Shown: one piece after another, positions 30,039-42,371 of the stretch
Position numbering within the stretch: the stretch's first letter is position 1
Layout: each line of letters opens with the position of its first letter
Assembly: GCA_964016885.1 (NCBI GenBank)
Contig: OZ024748.1
Coordinates: forward strand, 20,894,001-20,958,000
Length of the DNA stretch: 64,000 nt
Reading direction: 5' to 3'
Source of the DNA: Eledone cirrhosa
Lineage: Eukaryota
Made by a program: the position numbers and the translations under genes
Notes under the pieces: generated by a model
Databases searched by the model: none
Seen by the model: only the letters and a program-made list of their open reading frames with translations
What the model was told of the DNA's origin: nothing

Positions 30039-30208
30039 TGGTGGATTGGCAGTATTGGTAGAGAGTCGGACGCCATGTTTTCCAGCATAGTTACGTCCCT
30101 TTACGGACTGAGTTCAAATCCCGCCGAGGTTAACTTTGCCTTTCATCCTTTCGGGATCGATAAAATAAGGTACCAGTAATGTACTGGGTAATTGCTGGCC
30201 TTGTGCCA
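30039..30208 (+). mobile_element. tRNA-derived SINE (Nin/Deu-like core)
   Basis: Family consensus match. Confidence 0.85.
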
Positions 30209-30631
30209 ACCTTTGCTACCACCAAACCACTCGTGCATCACCTTCATGTAAGGAATGAACACGAGAGAGAGAAGACAATATGCTCAGATTGGACCAAAGA
30301 AACCATATTTCCATTGGTCTTTCTTTCCAATGCTAATATGTCGACTACAATCCTTGGCGGAAGTGGCACCACTTTTCCGGTGAGGAGATCCAACATTTGA
30401 ACAAAGAGCAGACAGAATCGGAACATCCCGCTTCAATTTGTTAAGCTAAAAATGGTTCTTGTAATTTAAGAGGTTCCCAACTTCTGGTATCTAGATATTA
30501 CTAAAAGGATTATCTGCCCTCCAGTTAAGCTTTCACACTTTCTTGCTATTAAAACGGTAAAAGCTTAACCGTAGGGCAGAAAATCCTTTAGATAATATTT
30601 ACACTCCACTTTTCTTAAGCATAGAATAATA

Positions 30632-30735
30632 ATTGTTTCTACTTTAGGCACAAGGCCAGCAATTACTGGTACTTTATTTTATCGACCCCGTAAGGATGAA
30701 AGGCAAAGTCTACCTCGGCGGGATTTGAACTCAGT
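30632..30735 (-). mobile_element. 5'-truncated SINE with TSD AGAATAATAAT
   Basis: Family match, with a direct repeat on both sides. Confidence 0.8.
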
Positions 30736-30880
30736 TAGAATAATAATGTATATCTATACATATGTATGCGTATCTGTGTGTGTGAGTGTGAGTGTGCTGG
30801 TTAGATATACAATTCCTAATTAACAGGGAGAGAAGTGGTTTCTAACCCGGAAACCAGGCTATGTATATGTATGTATGTAT

Positions 30881-31131
30881 GTGCAGTGCCTTTGCTCACT
30901 ATAAAAGCTTCACGGCACAGGCATTGCTTTATATCTGGAGATCTCTCTGCACTTGTCATCACATCGTACCATGGGCCCAGCACTATGTGTCAGTAATTGT
31001 CACAAGTGTAGTGTTTGTACCAGAGCTTTCAAGTCTGGACTAAAAAGTCACACTCGTTCAGCGCATCGGTAGGGGTTCTCCTACATGGATATAAAGTAAT
31101 GGCCGTACTCGAAAACGAGTTGGCAGCCACC
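30881..31131 (+). mobile_element. 5'-truncated copy of the ~615-bp retroposon at 37231
   Basis: Near-identical to 37589-37846 and flanked by (ATGT)n. Confidence 0.85.
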
Positions 31132-31209
31132 ATGTATGTATGTATGTATGTATGTATGTATGTATGTATGTATGGATGGATGGATGTATGAATGGATGGA
31201 TGGATGGAC

Positions 31210-31301
<92 letters not shown>

Positions 31302-31384
31302 GGTTATTAAATGCTAAACTTCTAGAATGTTTTGCATATTTTTATAGTTTCTTTAATGAACTCTACAAGTAATTTTCTTATGTG

Positions 31385-31415
<31 letters not shown>

Positions 31416-31418
31416 AGG

Positions 31419-31549
<131 letters not shown>

Positions 31550-31960
31550 GTGTGTGTCTAAATATGTTTGCATGTATGTATAAATGTATGTACAATTCGT
31601 ACATGACTGAATACAGGTTGAGTTGGTGCTACAACACGAAAGTTGAGAAGGAAAAAATCAATGGCCCTTCTCCGACTCTGATACAACTTTTTAAATAGCT
31701 TTTAAAAAACATTAATAAAAATAATAATAACAATAATAATAAATATTAATGTGGAACTGGAATTAAAGAGAAGAAGAACCAACACATAAGGAAGAGGAAA
31801 TTATAGGGCAGTATATGAAACGAGTGATAAAATAACGTTAAATGATGCTACAATGGATATATATATATATATATGGATGTGTATATATATATGTGTGTGT
31901 ATGTATGTGAGTGTGTATGTATGTGAGTGTGTATGTATATATATATATATATATATGTGT

Positions 31961-32038
<78 letters not shown>

Positions 32039-32554
32039 ATATATACATTTTCTTTGTAGTTATATTACGATGGCAAGAATGAAATTAAGAATATGAGGGA
32101 GAAAAGAACGAAAGGAAGGAAAGAAGGAAGGAAAGAAAGAAAGAGGGAAAGAAAGCAAAAAGAAAGAAGGATAGAAAGATAGATAGACCAAAAATGATAG
32201 ATAGAAGGAGAGAAAGAACGAAAGAAAAAGAGAGAAAGATAGAAAGAAAGAAAAAAGACAGATAAAACGAGAGAAAGAAAGAAAAAAGAAAGAGAGGAAC
32301 AGTGAAAGAAAGAAAGTGGAAAGAAAGAAAATGAAAGAAAGAAAGAGAGAAAGAAAGAAAAAGAAAGAAAGAAGGAGAGATAGAAAGAAAAAAGAAAGAG
32401 AGAAAAGGAGAAAGAAAGAAAAAAGAAAGAGAGAAAGAAAGAAAGAGTGAAAGAAAGGAAGGAGAGAAAGAAAAAGAGGTATATGTATGGCAGAGGAACA
32501 GAATGAAAGTAAAACAATGAAAATATATTTAAAAAAAGAAAAAACTGAGAGTTA

Positions 32555-33260
32555 ATTAATCCGTGAGACTCGGCCTCCGGATTTGTTCGACACGCCAATG
32601 TCGCTGCGGTTCCACCGTGGACTCCCGCTTTTCTGTCGCCACAGTACCGGCCGCATTCCACGCCATGCTGCCCTCAACGAGGTCATTAAGCATGGCTTGG
32701 ACGCTGCAGCCTTCCCTTCCCAGCTCGAGCCGGTGGGGCTGGATCGAAGGGGCGGCAAAAAGCCAGATGGCATGACCATCTTCCCGTTCCGCGCTGGCAG
32801 ACGCCCTCGTCTGGGATTCCACTTGCACCGACACTTTCTGCAGCGGCAACCTGGTGCAGTCTGCGACTGACCCAGGTTCTGCTGTACGTCGGGCTGAGGG
32901 GACCAAACTCCTCAAATACCGGTCGCTCTCCGACAGGTTTGCGGTCGTACCCCTGGCAGTGGAGACTTCTGGTGTCCTCGGCCCCAGGGCTACCTCCTTA
33001 CTCACCACCATAGGCGCTGAGCTGGCCAGCCGCAGGTGTGAGCCCCGCGAGTTGGAGTGGCTTTTGCAGCGCGTCTCCCTTGCCGTCCTCCAGGGATACG
33101 CCTTTCCATCTTGTCGCCGGGGCTGTGGGTGGACCCCATCGCGTACCGTTGTAGTTGTTGTAGAAGAAACAGGAAGACAACAAAAGGAAGTACTGAATGG
33201 GACAGACTGAGAAATATGTGAACACTGAACACTGAATATTGTACATTATTTTTGCGAAAG
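32555..33260 (+). mobile_element. CRE-like (RLE-type) non-LTR retrotransposon 3' fragment, frameshifted
   Basis: CRCG knuckle, RIPRHAALN, KKPDGMT, VWDSTCTDT, AEGTKLLKY, PLAVETSG and QRVSLAVLQG are typical of the CRE restriction-like endonuclease region. Confidence 0.85.
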
Positions 33261-33389
33261 ACAAAGTTAACCTCGGAGTTCAAATCCCGCCGAGGTTAAC
33301 TTTGCCTTTCATCCTTTCGGGGTCGATAAAATAAAGTACCAGTAATGCACTGGGTAATTGTTGGCCTTGTGCCTAAAGTAGAAACAATT
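33261..33389 (+). mobile_element. 5'-truncated SINE with a short 5' inversion
   Basis: CAAAGTTAACCTCGG precedes CCGAGGTTAACTTTG. Confidence 0.8.
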
Positions 33390-33795
33390 ATGTTTGCATA
33401 AGAGAGAATTTAGTGGCAGTTGGGAATGTTTTATGATTTTCGGTAATGATCTGTAAAACAAATTGTTTCTCAGTTTCATCTTTTGTGAGAATGTTATTGT
33501 AATCCTGAATGAGTTTGACACCTCTTCCTGCAACATTAATCACAACTGTCTTCTCAAGTTTTTCAAGTCCACTTTTGTAACCAGGATAATCCTTCCATGA
33601 GGAAATTGTCGAGGAAATCGGTGCTGATAGAAAATCTCGTGAAGAAAGTCTTTGTACCAGGAGTTACAAAAGACGAAAACTCGATGTTTGTAAAGGAAGA
33701 AAAGTCATTTTGGTGCAGAATGAACCTCTTCAGTTGATTTGTTCACCTTTGTCTGCTTCCAGCATAACCTTCGCAATATTTGCCTTAACCTTTCC
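33388..33795 (-). pseudogene. Decayed hAT-like (hATm-type) DNA transposase C-terminus
   Basis: Manual translation across 2 frameshifts gives FVTPGTKTFFTRFSISTDFL / SSWKDYPGYKSGLEKLEKTVVINVAGRGVKLIQDYNNILTKDETEKQFVLQIITENHKTFP. This resembles the VVNDxAERGVKLxxDY motif. Confidence 0.7.
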
Positions 33796-34312
33796 TTGAT
33801 CTCCTTGCTCTCCTTCCTCTCATTTTCTTATTGCTCTCCTTGCTCTCCTTTTCTTCTTCCCCTCCTTGCTCTCCTTCCCCTCCTTTTCTCATCGATCTCC
33901 TTGATCTCCTTTTATCCTTTCTCTCTTTGCTCTCCTTTCTCTCCTTGCTCTCCTTATCTTCTTCCTCTCTTTGCTCTCCCTTTCTCCTTCGTCACCCTGC
34001 TCTCCTTTTCTCCTTCCTCTCCTTTTCTCATTACTCTCCTTGCTCTCCTTTTATCCTTTTCTAATTGCTCTCCTTGCAATCCTTGGTCTCTTTTTCTTAT
34101 TGCTCTCCTTGCTCTCCTTTTCTTCTTCCTCTCCTTGCTCTCCTTTTCTCCTTCCTCTCCTTACTCTCCTCTTCTCATTGTTCTCCATGCTCACCTTGCT
34201 TTCCTTTTCTCATCGGTCTCATTGCTCTCCTTTTATCTTTGCTCTCCTTTTCTTATTGCTCTCCTTGCTCTCCTTTTATCTTTTCTTTCCTTGCTCTCCT
34301 TGCTCTTCTTTT
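33790..34312. repeat. Pyrimidine-rich degenerate repeat (CTCCTTGCT-like)
   Basis: Direct reading. Confidence 0.85.
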
Positions 34313-34383
34313 AGCCTTGTTTATATACAAATACAAAGAAAGGGGGATCAAGGAGAAATATGAAAGCAGGGATAGTAAGGAGA

Positions 34384-34455
<72 letters not shown>

Positions 34456-34804
34456 ATAATTATAAAATAAATACCATGTTAAAATAAGTGTTGCATTCAT
34501 AGAATGACCACACTTAAATAATTGAAACCAGTAAAGGAATGAACATTTTCGTATTCAAGAATTTACCTGGAAAAATTCAAGTTGGTTTTGCTTGAAATCT
34601 CTATAAATTTAAATGCCGGAATTCTCTCCCTTATCCAGGTTGTTGTATTTGATTGAAAGGGAATTGAAATATAAGCGAACTGGGAATTGAACAATTTTCT
34701 CTTTGTTTTTCTTTCATTTGGCTTTTGTTTTTATTTTATTGTAGAATATATATATATATATATATTTAATACATTAATAGAGAAAGCTTTAAGCAATACT
34801 CTGA

Positions 34805-34880
<76 letters not shown>

Positions 34881-34978
34881 AGGGATAGAGAGACGGAGAG
34901 AACGTGGCATATATATGTGTATATATATATATGTATATATTTATATTTATATTTATATACATATGTATGTGTATATAA

Positions 34979-35035
<57 letters not shown>

Positions 35036-35163
35036 AAAGTTTTATTTAAAATTGTTGGGATACAACAAGTAAATATTTTATAACTGATATAAAGCACTCG
35101 ACAAGTTTTTGGAGTAGATATACGATATTAAATAAATGGAAACTATATTTATAAAACCATATT

Positions 35164-35228
35164 TATTTTATTATACATATTTCAGGGATACCAAATTAAA
35201 ATATGGCATGCCTTCGTCAGATAAAATA
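35164..35228 (-). ncRNA. Type I hammerhead ribozyme
   Basis: Reverse complement of 35349-35413. Confidence 0.75.
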
Positions 35229-35348
35229 CAATATATAAACAGTTTTATAAATAATTTTGACGTACCCTATTAGAAGCGACCATTATAAAAATAATGGTCG
35301 CTTCTAATAGGGTACGTCAAAATTATTTATAAAACTGTTTATATATTG

Positions 35349-35413
35349 TATTTTATCTGACGAAGGCATGCCATATTTTAATTTGGTATCCCTGAAATAT
35401 GTATAATAAAATA
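35349..35413 (+). ncRNA. Type I hammerhead ribozyme
   Basis: tattttat-CTGACGA-aggcatgcca...tggtatccct-GAAA-tatgta-TA-ataaaata. Confidence 0.8.
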
Positions 35414-35454
35414 AATATGGTTTTATAAATATAGTTTCCATTTATTTAATATCG

Positions 35455-35514
<60 letters not shown>

Positions 35515-35561
35515 AGAAAGAGAAAGAGAGAGAGAGAGGGAGAGAGAGAGAGAGAGAGATA

Positions 35562-35935
35562 TGTGTTAAGGTGCAATTTAATTGCGTCCGTAGGCGGTAT
35601 GCCGGGTGAGCACTCGATGCTCTTGGGAGCAGAGTATCAATAGTATTAATATATAAACGAACAAAGAATTAGTGTTGCATCATATTTATTACATATTACA
35701 TATGTTTCACTGTCGATCTGCTCGAGGAACGGTCTATTAATGATTGAACCTGACTCCGGAATCGGAAGCTCCGCAGAGGCGAACCTGCATATTAAAACAT
35801 ATCTGCGGAGCTTCCGATTCCAGAGTCAGGTTCAATCATTAATAAATCGTTCCTCGAGCTGATCGACAGTGAAACATATGTAATATGCAATTAAATATGT
35901 ATATTAAACAACACTGATTCTTTGTTCCTTTATAT
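35562..35935. mobile_element. Fold-back element (family D) with a variant HHR at 35798-35887 (+)
   Basis: Arms at about 35650-35777 and 35802-35935. HHR reads catat-CTGCGGA-gct...agt-GAAA-catatg-TA-atatg. Confidence 0.7.
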
Positions 35936-35949
35936 CTATATATCTATAT

Positions 35950-36788
35950 ATATCATAAATCATGTCTATAGAATCATCAGATATTAAAATATATACTATT
36001 TCTTCTTCTAATTAGCATAATTAACCATATACAAAATCAAATCTAGCAAGCTTTAAGAATAAATTTTCTTATGGGGAAATCTCTGACAAACAATTGATCG
36101 TAGCCTCTTCGCGGCAGCCCCGTTCCATTATTTATCCAACATTTCGGCAGCATGCAGAATCCGACCAAATATACCATCAACCACACACAATTAGTAGTAA
36201 AATTAAACTTAGAAGAAATGCGCACATACCGTAATTATATCTCTACCATGGTTTCTTCCTTATTTAGGACATCCAAATAATATGAATTATCCAGAGTTAG
36301 GATCATCAGGAGATAAACTCAAAATCAGACATTTAGTTTTTCTAACCGATCGCGCCAAATTTAGATTAAAAAATGGCTAAAATCGCTATGTAGCTGTGTA
36401 CAAGCCAGAGAGAAAGCGTGTGGTTGGTTGCTTACGGCGGGTAGGCTTGCTGCTAGAAAGCGCAGCCATATATCGCCAAATTTAATCTCAACCAATTGGG
36501 AGATTATTAAATATAAAGGTTATCATATACATAAAATTAAAGATATATATATGTTGCAACTGTTCACTTTTAAGCTCAATGAAGAATTAATAAATTAAAA
36601 TCAAAAAATCAGAGCATTATATCATAAATCATGTCTATAGAATCATCACTGATGATTCTATAGACATGATTTATGATATAATGCTCTGATTTTTTGATTT
36701 TAATTTATTAATTCTTCATTGAGATTAAAAGTGAACAGTTGCAACATACATATATCTTTAATTTTATGTATATGATAACCTTTATATA

Positions 36789-36790
<2 letters not shown>
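35950..36790. mobile_element. Penelope-like element with a partial direct repeat and a terminal ~280-bp hairpin
   Basis: 35951-35979 is repeated at 36620-36648. The palindrome at 36510-36790 is centred on ATCATCA-C-TGATGAT. Confidence 0.6.
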
Positions 36791-36870
<80 letters not shown>

Positions 36871-36941
36871 CATATATCATATATATCAAAATCCGAAGGC
36901 ATGAAAATCCGAAGGCATGGTAACATTCCTAATCATTTTAA

Positions 36942-37015
36942 TCACGACACATGTTTCAATAAGAGATAGATTAATCGTGAAGTCATGATCGGTTATCACT
37001 GATCTCATCAGGTGA
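36942..37015 (-). ncRNA. Type I hammerhead motif with extended stem II
   Basis: Minus strand reads tcac-CTGATGA-gat...att-GAAA-catgtg-TC-gtga. Confidence 0.65.
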
Positions 37016-37108
37016 AAATGAATTGTCTTCAAATTCTTGATATGAGGGAGAAAATTAGCAATGTTCACTCACAGAGTTTATTCCCTCATATATACATAGA
37101 TATATATT

Positions 37109-37143
<35 letters not shown>

Positions 37144-37230
37144 ATGAGAGAGAGAGATAATATGGCATATATATATATGTGGGGAGGGGCTATGTATGTA
37201 TGTTTATATGTATGTATGCATGTATGTATG

Positions 37231-37846
37231 GTCTTATGTCAGGTCACCAGTTGGTGTTACTGGTAACATCTATCCCAGTACAATCTGTCTCATGGTCGGG
37301 TTGTTGGCGACTAAACTGGCAACCCCACCAAGGTTTCTTGGTGAGGAGGGTGACTTTGGACATCCTGCAGGACTAAAAACAGAACCTGTCAAAGGGCAAA
37401 GGAGCTCTTAAGAGTCAATGGCTATCCAAAATCACCGGGAGAGATGACCCCTTAGACTTTGTCAAGGCAGAATTCTAGCAGAAGGAAAACTCTGATATAA
37501 CACCTGCAACCCTGATGGTATCCAATGATGTTGACTTGTTCTTCTTTTTGGTAAATATCATCTTGGTTAAGAGAGTGGGACTGGCTTTGTGCAGTGCCTT
37601 TGCTCACTATAAAAGCTTCACGGCACAGGCATTGCTTTATATCTGGAGATCTCTCTGCACTTGTCGTCACATGGTACCATGGGCCCAGCACTATGTGTCA
37701 GTAATTGTCACAAGTGTAGTGTTTGTACCAGAGTTTTCAAGTCGCTGGCTGGACTAAAAAGTCACACTCGTTCAGTGCATCGGTAGGGGTTCTCCTACAT
37801 GGATATAAAGTAGTTGCCGTACTCGAAAACGAGTTGGCAGCCACCA
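37231..37846 (+). mobile_element. Unclassified ~615-bp retroposon (non-autonomous, LINE-derived)
   Basis: Three copies share the 3' end GGCAGCCACC and have variable 5' truncation. TSD ATGTATGCATGTATGTA. Confidence 0.8.
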
Positions 37847-38584
37847 TGTATGCATGTATGTATATATAGATTACAGGGACAACCAAGACTGTATAATTGT
37901 GCAATATATTTACACATTGTGTGTATTTAGAAATATAAACATCTCAAATTTCACGTATTTTCATGTAAATTGAAAGAAATAATAAATAATATCTTGAATC
38001 TATTTTTGAACCATATGGGGTTCTTATTAGAAGATATGGAAGTACACAATTGTCGGACTTTATACTCTATCACTGAAGTGGGCGTAATAATTTACATATT
38101 ATTAGCGTTCATAATGGTAGTCAATTCTGGATATATATTAAAGTTGTGTTCGAAGCAGCCGAGGAACGCAATAAATTTATATCGATATATACGTACGAGT
38201 ATATATACATATATAAGTTTAAACTGGGCGGTGTGTGGTTGGGGACGAGGGGGTGCTGTGTGGCAGGATGGGGTGGAATGTGGTGTGGTGGAGAAGAAAT
38301 ATTAAACAAATGATGCAAAACTTCTACATTGCATGTGTTATATGCTTAGTTCCACACACAAAATGGCGACGTCGTTTAAAGAGAGCGGAGAAGAAACAGA
38401 GAAGGGGAGGTAAGGGGCTTATCCATTAATGTTTTGAATTTGTTTGATTGCTGTATTTGTGTAAATATCAAAGCTTTTAAAATGATCTACATTAGTACAG
38501 ATGGAATATTGTCTGCTAATTGTATTTTTGTATCTCTCCTCTCCTCTGTCTCTCGCTCTGTTTCTATCTATCTCTCTCTCTCCC

Positions 38585-38644
<60 letters not shown>

Positions 38645-38722
38645 CATAAATAAAGAGAATATTTATCTATGTATGAATGCATATACATATATATGTGTGG
38701 GAATCTATATCTATCTATATAT

Positions 38723-38793
<71 letters not shown>

Positions 38794-38860
38794 TATATAC
38801 ATATATGTACGGTCTGTGTGGGTATATATATATATATATACATATATGCATATATATATA

Positions 38861-38994
<134 letters not shown>

Positions 38995-39275
38995 TGTATG
39001 CATGAGCGACTGTTGTTATTTCTAGACAGTTGAATAGTAATATAATTTCTAAACACTTAAATCTGACGTTAAGTCTATATATTTGTCTAATTCGTTAAAC
39101 ATTACCTCTCTATAACATACTGCCTCTATAGAAATAGAGGTTCTCGACATTTGACACTGTTGCACTCATATGTCTACTGCATATATATATATGCCGGTGA
39201 CTTTAGTCATCTATATATAGATAGATAGATAGTTATACATATATATGTATATAAATATGTGTGTATATATATATG

Positions 39276-39306
<31 letters not shown>

Positions 39307-39332
39307 TATATACACATATATTTATATACATA

Positions 39333-39439
<107 letters not shown>

Positions 39440-39594
39440 TTATATATATATATACATCTGTATATACATATATATACATATATACATATGTATATATATA
39501 TATGTGTGTGTGTGTGTCCGTGCATGTATATACGTATATATAAATATATAGAGAAAGTGAGAGTGTGTATGCATGAAAGAAAGCGAGGGGGAAA

Positions 39595-39635
<41 letters not shown>

Positions 39636-40693
39636 AAGTGGGGGAGAGAGTGAGAGAAAGAGAACGTAGACGTAATGAACTGAAAAATCAATGGCGGCAT
39701 ACTCCGCAAAGTAAAAATTCCTTGCAATTATATATTTTTACACACAACATATTGGATAATGTAAAATGACATAACTTTTAATAAAGTTATAGCTGCCATC
39801 TTGAAATTACAAACTGTTAGAAGTAAACTAATTCTAATAGATATTTTCAGGAAAAATGATTTACATCTGAAAAAATGTGCTTCACATTTCAAATATAGGT
39901 AGACTTAGCCAGGAGTTGGTTTCATCAGATGGAATCCGACATGTCATTGATTGTTTTAATTAATGAAAATCTAGCTTGAGAAGAAAGAATGGAATGTAAA
40001 ATAGGAAAATATAACGTAAAAAGAGAAAAGATAACGGGAGAGGGATTTGCAAGGACTCTAGTGTAACAGAAGAATGGGTACGGAGGAGAGGACGGATGAT
40101 TAGGCTCTGGGCCTAGGTCGCGGTTGTAAGAATTTTGAGGGTTTAACTGAATGTATTATTTCATTTTTAAGATAGTGACTTAACATATGGTTCTTATACA
40201 AAATTATGTTGTAAGATTTTAATTTTAACAAGAACCCTTTAAAATCCGTGATTTTGTTTCATAGAACCAGTGTTTGTTTTGGCCGTGTTGGAAATGAAAG
40301 GGTTAACGAAGGAGTTTGAGGAATTTATCAACAATATTAATTATTTCATTACTAAGATAGTGATTTAATATATGGTTTGTATATAAAATATTTTGGAAGA
40401 TTTTGATTTAAAAGGGATCGTTTAACGTACGTGGTTTTGCTCCATGCACATTTTGTTTTATGTAAGAAATTTGTAGTGTTTAGACCTGGACAGCGCTGGG
40501 TTCATATAGGTTTAAATACCCAAGAATCGCCGTATGTCACTACGGTACCTCTACGACTTCATCAGGTGTTGTTGGCCCATGGCATGGTAAGTTTTGTATA
40601 ATGTATTTGTTGAATTGTTATTTATTATGATTACACTTCCAACAGAGTAATTCTTGAAGTTTATCTGATCGCCTAATATTATTAAACTTTGGA

Positions 40694-40880
40694 AGGCGGT
40701 GGATTGGCAGTATCGGTAGAGGGTCGGACGCCCTGCTTTCCAGCATAATTACGTCCCTTTACGATTTGAGTTCAAATCCCGCCGAGGTTGACTTTGCCTT
40801 TCATCCTTACGGGGTCGATAAAATAAAGTACCAGTAATGCACTGGGTAATTGCTGGCCCTGTGCCTAAAGTAGAAACAAT
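40694..40880 (+). mobile_element. Full-length tRNA-derived SINE (Nin/Deu-like core) with TSD
   Basis: A-box TGGCAGTATCGG, B-box GTTCAAATCC, core GCCTTTCATCCTTACGGGGTCGATAAAATAAAGTACCAG, and TSD TTATT(A/C)AACTTTGG. Confidence 0.9.
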
Positions 40881-40966
40881 TATTCAACTTTGGTTCACTG
40901 AGATTTTATAGCCCTTAGTGTAGTAGATAGAGTTAAACATTACCTTGTTTGGTTCTGTGTTGGTCA

Positions 40967-41451
40967 TACGATGGTCAGCTGAAAAGTTTATAGACTGACC
41001 AAGTTCATAAGCTGGAATGACCAAAGGTGGTTTGTTTTTACACATAATCCTTGGAAAGAAACCATACAGTTATTAATAAAGAGGGATGAAATTAATGCAT
41101 GCAAGATTTCACAGCTCTAGCATCACTCCTTCATAAGTTGACGACACGCTCATGGAATGACCAAATGAAGTTTATTTTTCAACATAGTCCCTGGAAAGAA
41201 ACAATGCAGTTATTAATAAGAAGAGTTGAAATTAATGCATGAAATATTTCACAGCTCTAGCATCACTCCTTTATAGGTTGACCAAGATACTCTCATGGAA
41301 TGACCAAATGAGGTTTATTTTTCAATATAATTTCTGGAAAGAAACAATGCATTTATTAATAAGAAGAGTTGGAATTAATGCATGCAAGATTTCGCAGCTC
41401 TAGCATCACTCTTTCATAGTCAGCTTATGAACTATCCAGCCCATCCTCGTA
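40967..41451. mobile_element. Mariner-type MITE with an internal ~142-bp triplication
   Basis: TA-CGATGGTCAGCTGAAAAGTTTATAGACTGAC versus reverse-complement TA-CGAGGATGGGCTGGATAGTTCATAAGCTGAC. GGAATGACCAAA occurs at about 41014, 41154 and 41297. Confidence 0.75.
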
Positions 41452-41812
41452 AAGCGTGTGTGGCTTAGTGGTTAAGCTATTGAGCTCACGAACGTAAAGT
41501 TGTGAGTTCCATTCCTGGGCTAGGCGGTTCATTGTGTCATTGAGCAAGATAGTATATTGCGTATTACTGCATTCCCCTTATCCGGCAAAAGAAACCCCCC
41601 CAAAAAATTAAAAAAACAAACGAGTTGTACTTTTATTTCAAAGTTCGAGCCTTGTCACATACTGTCACACACTAAAACTCTCCGAGAACTACAGTTGACG
41701 GTACACGTGTTTGTGGCATGTTTATTCATGTGCACGTTAATTACAAGAGCAGTCTGTTTTGTTAGTAAAACAACTGGTAGACTCCTCATTGGAACCGACG
41801 GAGGACCAACAA
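41452..41812 (+). mobile_element. tRNA-head CORE-type SINE
   Basis: TGGCTTAGTGG A-box, GTTCCATTCC B-box and TGTGTCATTGAGCAAGA CORE-like segment. Related to 54310-54660. Confidence 0.7.
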
Positions 41813-42101
41813 ACAATAAGTTAGTTATATTTCGGTTGTAAGTAGATGTTCTTTCCGAGATTGAGGAGAGAAGTTCTGTATGGACTGAGGGTATGTTCAA
41901 AGTATTTGAAAAATGTAACTTCCGTTAGTGGTAGAGCGGTTTTTCCTTTGTAGATTTTGCTCAGTTAAGAGCTAAGTATATATATATGTGTGTGTGTGTG
42001 TTTATATATACATATACATATCTATATACATCTATCTCTCTCTCTCTCCCCCTCTCTCTCTATATATATATATGTATATACATATATACGTATGTATATA
42101 A

Positions 42102-42153
<52 letters not shown>

Positions 42154-42287
42154 AGAGGTTACAAGGGCCACCAAGGTAGATTATTGTGCGCTTTCATCAG
42201 ATAAAATATAATACAGATTAGTTTTATAAATAAATATTGACATACCCTGAAAAATTGCAACCTTACCGGTTGGAGCTTCCTGGATAG

Positions 42288-42321
<34 letters not shown>

Positions 42322-42371
42322 AAATTATAAAAATAGACAAAGAAGCCTTCAATACATCAAAAATCTTTATT

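Larger units (their letters stand above)
35117..35460. mobile_element. Perfect ~340-bp palindrome (family B) carrying two opposed HHRs
   Basis: Arms mirror around about 35288. Homologous to 555-730 and 42160-42290. Confidence 0.85.

Noticed and set aside
37452-37757. Short ORFs conserved between the copies at 37452 and 58454
   Set aside because: The conservation is explained by recent duplication of a repeat, and there are no protein motifs.
40694-40790. Possible tRNA gene
   Set aside because: The A and B boxes belong to a multi-copy SINE head, and no proper cloverleaf forms.
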